Below are positions 9,717 through 15,739 of a DNA stretch of 24,000 nt, piece by piece. This DNA is from an uncultured Coxiellaceae bacterium (GTDB lineage Bacteria; Pseudomonadota; Gammaproteobacteria; UBA9339). Under the pieces are notes generated by a model. That model was given only the letters and a program-made list of their open reading frames with translations. It was not told where the DNA came from and searched no databases. A program made the translations under genes and the position numbers. The stretch spans positions 1,209 through 25,208 of the forward strand of contig CAZHSI010000019.1 in assembly GCA_964535195.1 (NCBI GenBank), read 5' to 3'. Each line of letters starts with the position of its first letter. Position 1 is the stretch's first letter.

Positions 9717-10095
9717 ATGGCTAGACTAATGCTCACTGATGAGCTATGGTCAAAGCTAAGGACAATGAGGCGCCAACAGGGTGTTTTATGACAAGCCAAG
9801 TCTTAGAATGATGGTTGAAGGTATGTTATCCGGTATGAGGGTTGGGTGTCCGTGGCGTGGCGTAAGTACTATCAGTATTTGGTTGTTGGAATTCCATATA
9901 CCAGAAATTTAACCGCTGGTCTGCAAAAAATAAGCTGATCAGCATTTTCAAAATGCTAGTTCAAGCTCCTGATCTTGAATGGGAGTTTATCGACGGAAGT
10001 ATTGTAAAAGCGCATCAACATAGTGCAGGAGCTGCTACTGAAGAAGGACGGGCTATTGGTAAATCTGTTGCGTGAAACACTACTGAAATTGTAAA
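9717..10095 (+). pseudogene. IS5-family (IS4/IS5 DDE superfamily) transposase, N-terminal fragment, frameshifted and 3'-truncated
   Basis: Translation across three frames gives MARLMLTDELWSKLRTMRRQQGVL*, DKPSLRMMVEGMLSGMRVGCPWR, ...NRWSAKNKLISIFKMLVQAPDLEWEFIDGSIVKAHQHSAGAATEEGRAIGKS and ..NTTEI. This matches the conserved N-terminal half of IS5-group transposases as I recall it. There are several stops and frameshifts, and the DDE core is missing. A 10-bp inverted repeat (9666-9675 / 9706-9715) lies in the leader. Confidence 0.75.
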
Positions 10096-10117
10096 AATCC
10101 CGATCTGATCTTACAGT

Positions 10118-10800
10118 CGCCCCTATTTTCTAGTTAGCACACCTATTACTGTTGGATTAATTTAAGATCGTTAACATAATCCTTGCTACTCGTTTTCTTT
10201 AACAGTTTTCTCGCCAGTTAGTATCAATTCAGTGTGAACTCTAGGGCTACCATACGTTTGGCGGTTATCTCGATGTATTTCTTTAATCTTGTTTAATAAT
10301 CTATCATTCTCTTTTTTTAATCAGATACTTCTCGTTTAAGATAAGTATAGTAACCACTGCTAAATACTTCAAATATTTGGGACATCCTCTCAATCTTTAA
10401 CTCTTTTGCCTGCGCTTTCATAAAGCGATATTTCATTGCTGGGGTAATGAGAAGATGCCCAGTGTATTTGTTAAGATATCTCTCTCTTCTCTTGCTATTG
10501 CCAGTTCTTTCCTCAAATTGACCACCTTAGCATCTGATGGTTTAAGGTATCCCTTGCCAGGAAAAGCTTCTTCTCCGTGCTTCTTATGACTCATAACCCA
10601 GGTTACTAGAGTATACCTAGCTCTTTGCTAATTTCTTGATACATCTTGCCGCTAGCTAAATATAGCTTTACTGCATGAATCTTAAATTCTTTATCATAAC
10701 CTCTTGTTGTTCTTACTTGCATTTTTTACCTCTTAAATAAAAATTAATTATCTTTATTTTTATTCGAGGTCTCCACTTTATGGTAGCAAGATTAGGGGCA
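10118..10800 (-). mobile_element. IS3-family element, internally deleted and degraded (orfA plus the N-terminal part of orfB only), apparently with both terminal inverted repeats
   Basis: On the minus strand, RBS aagaggtaaaaaATG precedes a start at 10722. orfA reads MQVRTTRGYDKEFKIHAVKLYLASGKMYQEISKELGI...EEAFPGKGYLKPSDAKVVNLRKELAIAREERDILTN. orfB-N reads YRFMKAQAKELKIERMSQIFEVFSSGYYTYLKR...LLNKIKEIHRDNRQTYGSPRVHTEL...RVARIM. Multiple stops and frameshifts are present and there is no DDE domain. The outer ends read tgcccctaatcttgctacc (reverse complement from 10800) and cgcccctattttctagttagc (from 10118). Confidence 0.7.
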
Positions 10801-11537
10801 AGCTCTAAGTAAATAAAACCACTATATTTATAGATTATCTTTGATGTCGTTACAAAAAAATCTCATGATGTAATGTGTAATTTAATTGCATTTTAAATGC
10901 TATTTATGTGTCACGCACAAATGAAGATTAGATTAGATAATTTTTTTGTAATTCTTAAAGTGTTTAAAATTATCTTTAACAAGCTTAAGGTTTTATTAAA
11001 AAAAATAAACCTTTCTTCTAATAATGTTATTTCTGATGTATTTAAAAAAACTTAAAAATAAGTAAAAGTACGGTCATTTTTTTTCTTAAAAACACTGATG
11101 ATCTTGTCTGGATGTTTTTAGACAAAAAGGCTTGTTTTTATACAATGAGCAAAAATTGTATAATTTGTTGAAATATAATGTTTTTTTAGCATATAGTATT
11201 TATATGCGAAAATTTATAGGGTAATTATTGCTAATAAATATCAATAAATATATTTATTAGTGTAAATAGATTTAATAATTTATTAAGAATATTTTACATA
11301 GCAAATATTCCATTAAATGTACGATATATCTTTTCAATTCTTGATAGGATTAAATATGCAACATGAATTCTTAAGCCAACCTTAAGAAATCATGAGGTAG
11401 AAAAAAAGTTAAAGTTAGAATGTGCAAAGTTAAGAGGGTAAAGAGTTTAGTAGGTTGTGATGGTTAATCTGCAACGGTTTATAGATAAACTTAGATTAAC
11501 TGCGCAGCTTCTGGTGTGAAAGATTATTGAGGGAGCA

Positions 11538-11630
11538 ATGTCGTTCAGGATGATACGATGTCCCCAAGCGTCGTCGTTAGTTTTACCGTTGTTGTATGCA
11601 AGGATGTATTACAATAAGGTTTTAAACTAG
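11538..11630 (+). CDS. Candidate small ORF (30 codons) in repeat unit 1; speculative
   Basis: GAGGGAG lies 2-5 nt before the ATG. The peptide is MSFRMIRCPQASSLVLPLLYARMYYNKVLN*. It is followed by an imperfect hairpin (acacttga...tcagagtgt) and a T6 tract at 11663-11668. The same frame and length are preserved in unit 2. Confidence 0.3.
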   Translation: MSFRMIRCPQASSLVLPLLYARMYYNKVLN

Positions 11631-11705
11631 CGGCACACTTGATTTGCCTATTAACGATTCAGAGTGTCAGACTTTTTTGGATGGATGTAAGAAGCTTGAG
11701 GGGCA

Positions 11706-11798
11706 GTGTCGTTCAGGATGATACGATATACCCAAACATCGTCGTTAGTTTTACCGTTATTGTATGCAAGGATGTATTACAATAAGGTTTTAAACTAG
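11706..11798 (+). CDS. Candidate small ORF (30 codons) in repeat unit 2; speculative
   Basis: GAGGGG precedes a GTG start. The peptide is (M)SFRMIRYTQTSSLVLPLLYARMYYNKVLN*. A hairpin and a T6 tract at 11841-11846 follow. It differs from unit 1 by C8Y, P9T, A11T and one synonymous change. Confidence 0.3.
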   Translation: MSFRMIRYTQTSSLVLPLLYARMYYNKVLN

Positions 11799-11908
11799 CG
11801 GCACACTTGATTTATCTATTAACGATTCATGGTGTCAGGCTTTTTTGGATGGGTGTAAGATGCTAAATTTGGTTATAAGGCTGTTTGGCAGAGAAGGGTA
11901 TGTGTTTT

Positions 11909-13261
11909 TCATAGATTAGGTGGAGACTTAGCCGTTCCTGTGTCTGGCGGTGGAAGTTTAGTGGATATCCTTACACACCCTTTGAGGAAAGAGCTGTTGC
12001 TTGCGAAAATACGTTTTTTGTCATTTGAGGCACTATACCTTAACCTTGGGTCGAGCTCGGGCATTTTTAGACTCGACTTTATAAGATCGCCGTAGGCGAA
12101 CATATCTCCATGAAAGTAGTCAACCTGTAAATTTTTTATTGTATCACCAAGTAAAGAATCTCCTATCATTAACGTTGACCAAGGTTCGGTGTCTTTATTT
12201 AGAAAGCAATTAAGTAGTTCACTTAATTCCCGTATATTATCGATAACGCTGGTAATTTTTTTGGCTCTTGGTAAAGACTCTAGGAGAGTTGGTAGCTGTA
12301 AGGAGTAGTAAACTGGTTCTGGTTCCGTAATTGAAAAGTACTTTGGGTGCATGATAGTAGCTGTATACTCTTCAAGGCCGTATCCCCTTGAATCTTCGTA
12401 AATCATTTGAATGTTTTTTAGTGGTCCAGTTTTTTCACTGCCTGCGAATGGTGTATTAGCAGGTATAGTGCCAGTGCTTACGTATATTATGTGTTTGAGA
12501 GTATCAACAACGTAGGGATCAAATTTCAATTCCTTATTGCTTAGAGATTTCATGAATATTTCCCAAACCATATCTAAAGCTGCTTTCTTGCGAGCATAAC
12601 TAGAATGCTGCCATCCTTTGTGGCTAATATATAGGGCTAACTTAGACCATGCTGGATCATTTTTAATAGCGTTTATCCATTTGTTTGATAAAAATATTAT
12701 CTCGCAAAACCATTCAGTGGGAAAACTATTACTTTGAGCAAGTTGTGCAAACACTTGCCAATGATCGTAAAGATGCTTCGGTGGTGATTCTGTTATGCCA
12801 AACTTTCTTTTCAACTGTTTGTGTGATAACGCTTCGCTAATTTTAGGTAACATGTATAAAGAACGTGCCCCGGCCGTTATACTGTAGTTGTTTGACCAGC
12901 CAAAGTGTTCCCATATGCCTATTTCTAGATCATTCTCAAAGACTGCCAAGGAAAATATTTTTCTATGAATGTCAAAAAAAACCTCGACGTTATTATCGAT
13001 AATGATACCAAGTGGTACGGTGTTGTATCCTAATTTGTTCTTAATATTACTATATTCACCATCTGGACCTATTGGTAAGTGAAATGAATTTTTGTCTATT
13101 ATTTTTGTGCCGAAAGGGTAGAGTACTTTAAAAACTGTGAACTCTTTGCTAGGTGAGATCTCATCGATAATGTTGCTCAATTCTTTACAAGTATCGGCTA
13201 CCGTTTTTCTAACTTCTGTCCAAGTTAGCTCCTCAATTAGTTTCCTTTTCTCTTTTGGCAT
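11909..13261 (-). CDS. Hypothetical protein, 450 aa, no recognisable family or motif (orphan ORF in the tRNA-Ser-adjacent islet)
   Basis: It is a long uninterrupted ORF with composition similar to neighbouring genes. I see no signal peptide, no TM segment, and no Walker, nuclease, kinase or HTH motif. The N-terminus is Lys/Glu-rich and the tail is Pro-rich (KLPPPDTGTAKSPPNL). There is no obvious SD sequence; a 14-bp palindrome occupies that position. Confidence 0.75.
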   Translation of the reverse strand: MPKEKRKLIEELTWTEVRKTVADTCKELSNIIDEISPSKEFTVFKVLYPFGTKIIDKNSFHLPIGPDGEYSNIKNKLGYNTVPLGIIIDNNVEVFFDIHRKIFSLAVFENDLEIGIWEHFGWSNNYSITAGARSLYMLPKISEALSHKQLKRKFGITESPPKHLYDHWQVFAQLAQSNSFPTEWFCEIIFLSNKWINAIKNDPAWSKLALYISHKGWQHSSYARKKAALDMVWEIFMKSLSNKELKFDPYVVDTLKHIIYVSTGTIPANTPFAGSEKTGPLKNIQMIYEDSRGYGLEEYTATIMHPKYFSITEPEPVYYSLQLPTLLESLPRAKKITSVIDNIRELSELLNCFLNKDTEPWSTLMIGDSLLGDTIKNLQVDYFHGDMFAYGDLIKSSLKMPELDPRLRYSASNDKKRIFASNSSFLKGCVRISTKLPPPDTGTAKSPPNL

Positions 13262-13750
13262 ACGGCGTAATTACGTAATTATATTATTGAGAAATAATGT
13301 TTTTTTATCCTCAAGGCTTTCCGCATTCTACTACTATTGTTGTGGTTGATGCAAATAGAAATGACTTCTAAAGAAAGGTGGCTGATTATCTAGGTTGCTA
13401 CTAAAAGTGCCTCTTGCTAGTTTACTTTTTACCCGAATCTTTTGCTACCGTTGCTTCTTTCCAGACCTGGCGGAGTTGGCAAAATATCGTTATAAAAGGA
13501 CCAGCAAAAGGCAAATGAATTCTAACTAAAAATACTTAAAGCGGCAAATTTTTTGTGTGTACCTAAATTTATTCGCAGTGAGCTTTGATGATGGGGGGTA
13601 GGTGCTTGCCAATGTGGGAACAGCTTTCCATCTTGAATTGACATAACAGCTTGATTATCTTAATAAAAAAATATATCACAATTTTTGTGTTAGAAACAGC
13701 AATAAATCTTTTTTACAGGGTATTTTTTGTAAAATTTATTCCATATGAAC

Positions 13751-13837
13751 TTTCGCATGGTAGAGCAATAGGGAATTGTCAGCGTGGAGAGGTAAAGCTT
13801 ATTCCTACCATGTGGCGAGTCTCAACTTGATTAAACC
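13751..13837 (+). repeat. Dispersed structured intergenic repeat, copy B (divergent, internally shorter)
   Basis: ...agcaatagggaattgtcagcgtggagaggtaaagcttattcctaccatgtggcgagtctcaacttgattaaacc aligns with the central and right parts of copy D (agcaatggggga...gggggagaagtaaagcttatcc...ccacgtggcgagtctaaacttgattaaa). It has its own 8-bp inverted repeat, catggtag (13756-13763) / ctaccatg (13805-13812). Confidence 0.7.
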
Positions 13838-13928
13838 ATGCTGAATTTTTGCAAAGAAGAAGTTTATTATTTGCTGTCCTTTTGGTATAACACACTAATT
13901 ATACTCAAAATTTTGGTGTGGTATCTCT

Positions 13929-14019
13929 AATGAATAGCTGGCGGAGAGGGCGGGATTCGAACCCGCGATACGCTGAAAGCGTATACATGATTTCCAGTCA
14001 TGCTCCTTCGGCCTCTCGG
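13929..14019 (-). tRNA. tRNA-Ser (anticodon GGA), with encoded CCA
   Basis: The minus-strand sequence is GGAGAGGtgtccgagaggccgaaggagCATGActGGAaaTCATGtatacgctttcagcgtatcGCGGGttcgaatCCCGCCCTCTCCgcca. The acceptor stem is GGAGAGG/CCTCTCC. The anticodon stem is CATGA/TCATG with loop CUGGAAA. A long variable arm typical of Ser, T-loop TTCGAAT and discriminator G are all present. Confidence 0.95.
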
Positions 14020-14051
14020 ACACCTCTCCAACTAACATCACAAGAGATGCA

Positions 14052-14080
14052 ACATTAGCAAGATTATGATGGCGATTCAA
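14052..14080 (-). promoter_or_regulatory. Candidate promoter for tRNA-Ser
   Basis: On the minus strand, TTGAAT (14080-14075), a 17-nt spacer, then TAATGT (14057-14052). The tRNA 5' end lies about 30 nt downstream. This is motif match only. Confidence 0.3.
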
Positions 14081-14159
14081 CTGTTGGTGGGGGATTTTTA
14101 GTTACAATTATGTTATTATTAGTGGTGTGTAGGGGTAAAAGTACCTGTGGACAGGTTAA

Positions 14160-15677
14160 ATGAAGAAGTTTTTCCAAGGAGGGTATCTCGTGTATAAACG
14201 ACTAAATTATTTTACAGCTATTTGCTTTTTGTTGTTTGCTGCTATTTTTCATAGCTGCTATGCGGTTTTGAGTACAAACAACAGAGATACTCAAGTCGAT
14301 TTTTTGGCTATAGCCGATATCCATTTAGATACCACCTTTTATGGTCCCGATGAAACCATGGAATTTAATCCTTCAAAGATTTCGAAGGGTTCCCCTCGTA
14401 AAAATGACATGGATCAAGCAACATTCGAATTAATGTTAGATACTATTAGGTCTAATATAGATTCTCCGACCACAGGGGTTATCGAAAAAAAGCCAGAGTT
14501 TATCCTTGTTCTTGGTGATGTGGCTAGCCATAATAGGTCTGTTACTCCGCCAGGCTCCAATATTGCTAAGGATGAGGAGGTATCTTTTACCTTGCTAAGG
14601 GAAAAGTTTCCAGATATTCCTATGTTTTATGTTTTTGGAAATAACGATGGTTTAAAAGCAGTAAATGGATTATTTCATGAAGTAAAAGGGGTAGATTTAA
14701 TTGAAAATTCTTCTGAGGAAACGCTTGTTAATATCGTACATAGTCCCGGAGAAATAGCCACAGGTATGGGGGGATGGTTAAGCCCCTTTCTATCTAGTGG
14801 TGTTTCATGTAAAGACAAGATGTATCCTTGTATAAATTTAGTTGTTAGAAGATTAGGTTTTTTTGTCGCTTATATTAGACCTAAACTTAAAATAATAGCT
14901 ATAAATAGCATGCTATATTCTGCTAAACCCAATAACCCCTCTGCAGAAAAATTGGGGGAAATGCAAACATATTGGTTGAGATCTCAGTTAAGAAGTTCTC
15001 AGAAAGAAAACGGATCGGTTATCATTGTATCACACCTCCCATTTGGTAATTCTACATTTGAAGGAGGATCAAGCGCAACCAAGGGATTTAACTATTTAAG
15101 AGAAAAAGATCAACAACAATTGTATGAACTTATTAAAGAATATAAGGATACTGTCATAGCAGTTTTATTCGCTCATGTTCATTACGAAGATTTAAAGTTA
15201 ATTGACAAAACTGCTGGCAACAACCTCAAAATTGCTTACGGTATACCTGGAATGTCAACTTCCGATGGTAATTCTCCAGGAATAAAGATGTTCCATCTTG
15301 CCTCACAACAAAACAAATGGATTTTAACAGATTACGATACCTTATCTTTTAAAAAAGAAAACAATGGTTCTGTCATCCTGAAAACATTATATAATGCTAG
15401 AGAATATTATTGTGGGGACAAAAACACCGCTAATGCTGTTGCTTTGGAAAGCTGTTTCAGCAAAGAAAATCTAGTGCAAAAGTTCAAAGAAAATTATACT
15501 TTAGGAAATTTTAAGTTAGAACCAGAGGATCGTAAAACAGTAGAGCGTTTTATTAACGAAGAAAATTTGATTATTATTTTGGGTAATAAAATATTAAGTG
15601 CTCATACTGCATTTAAAAAACATCTTATTGGTTATGTCGCAACTATAAAAACTTTTTTTAGGAAAGACTGGGGTTGA
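14160..15677 (+). CDS. Secreted calcineurin-like metallophosphoesterase, acid-sphingomyelinase-like (ASM/SMPDL3-like) phosphodiesterase
   Basis: 505 aa with an N-terminal hydrophobic signal-like segment (FTAICFLLFAAIFHSCYA). The metallophosphoesterase motifs occur in order: ADIHLD (DxH), LGDVASHN (GDxxxH, the ASM-type variant), FGNNDG (the GNH[D/E] position), VSHLPFG and FAHVHYED (GHxH-like). Confidence 0.8.
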   Translation: MKKFFQGGYLVYKRLNYFTAICFLLFAAIFHSCYAVLSTNNRDTQVDFLAIADIHLDTTFYGPDETMEFNPSKISKGSPRKNDMDQATFELMLDTIRSNIDSPTTGVIEKKPEFILVLGDVASHNRSVTPPGSNIAKDEEVSFTLLREKFPDIPMFYVFGNNDGLKAVNGLFHEVKGVDLIENSSEETLVNIVHSPGEIATGMGGWLSPFLSSGVSCKDKMYPCINLVVRRLGFFVAYIRPKLKIIAINSMLYSAKPNNPSAEKLGEMQTYWLRSQLRSSQKENGSVIIVSHLPFGNSTFEGGSSATKGFNYLREKDQQQLYELIKEYKDTVIAVLFAHVHYEDLKLIDKTAGNNLKIAYGIPGMSTSDGNSPGIKMFHLASQQNKWILTDYDTLSFKKENNGSVILKTLYNAREYYCGDKNTANAVALESCFSKENLVQKFKENYTLGNFKLEPEDRKTVERFINEENLIIILGNKILSAHTAFKKHLIGYVATIKTFFRKDWG

Positions 15678-15712
15678 AACCAGCGATACATTGAAACTTA
15701 TACATAAATCGA
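15668..15712 (-). pseudogene. Degenerate remnant of a tRNA-Ser 3' half (T-arm plus variable arm)
   Basis: ctggggttgaaaccagcgatacattgaaacttatacataaatcga aligns in the same orientation with tRNA-Ser positions 13939-13985 (ggcgggattcgaacccgcgatacgctgaaagcgtatacatgatttcc). By manual alignment about 29 of 38 core columns are identical, with two 1-nt indels. The 5' half is absent. Confidence 0.6.
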
Positions 15713-15739
15713 CACGCCTAGATTCATTAAGTTGGATTA

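Larger units (their letters stand above)
11503..11862 (+). repeat. Tandem direct repeat, period ~168 bp, two full copies plus a degenerate partial copy upstream
   Basis: Unit 1 is ~11527-11694 and unit 2 is ~11695-11862. I count 6 mismatches across the 93-nt stretch 11538-11630 versus 11706-11798. The tail of a third, degenerate unit is visible at ~11503-11530. Confidence 0.9.

Noticed and set aside
10921-11055. 44-codon ORF (MKIRLDNFFVILKVFKIIFNKLKV...) in the AT-rich gap
   Set aside because: The Lys/Ile/Phe/Asn composition is what random AT-rich DNA encodes. There is no SD sequence and nothing for me to compare it with.
11503-11862. Tandem repeat considered as a CRISPR array or a type III toxin-antitoxin RNA array
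   Set aside because: The units are ~168 bp and contiguous, with no unique spacers and no cas genes. Type III antitoxin repeats are short (tens of nt) and sit upstream of their toxin gene on the same strand, which is not the geometry here.
12100-12180. GDSL-like string (MIGDSLLGD) in the 450-aa orphan protein, considered as an SGNH-hydrolase signature
   Set aside because: In SGNH/GDSL hydrolases block I lies near the N-terminus and is followed by further conserved blocks (G, GxND, DxxH). Here the string is about 75 residues from the C-terminus and the other blocks are not evident.
13137-13349. 70-aa plus-strand ORF overlapping the 5' end of the orphan gene
   Set aside because: It is antisense to the long ORF, low-complexity (Ser/Leu/Phe), and runs into the promoter region. 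There is no support for it.
13895-14080. 61-aa minus-strand ORF
   Set aside because: It is entirely explained by the tRNA-Ser(GGA) gene it overlaps.
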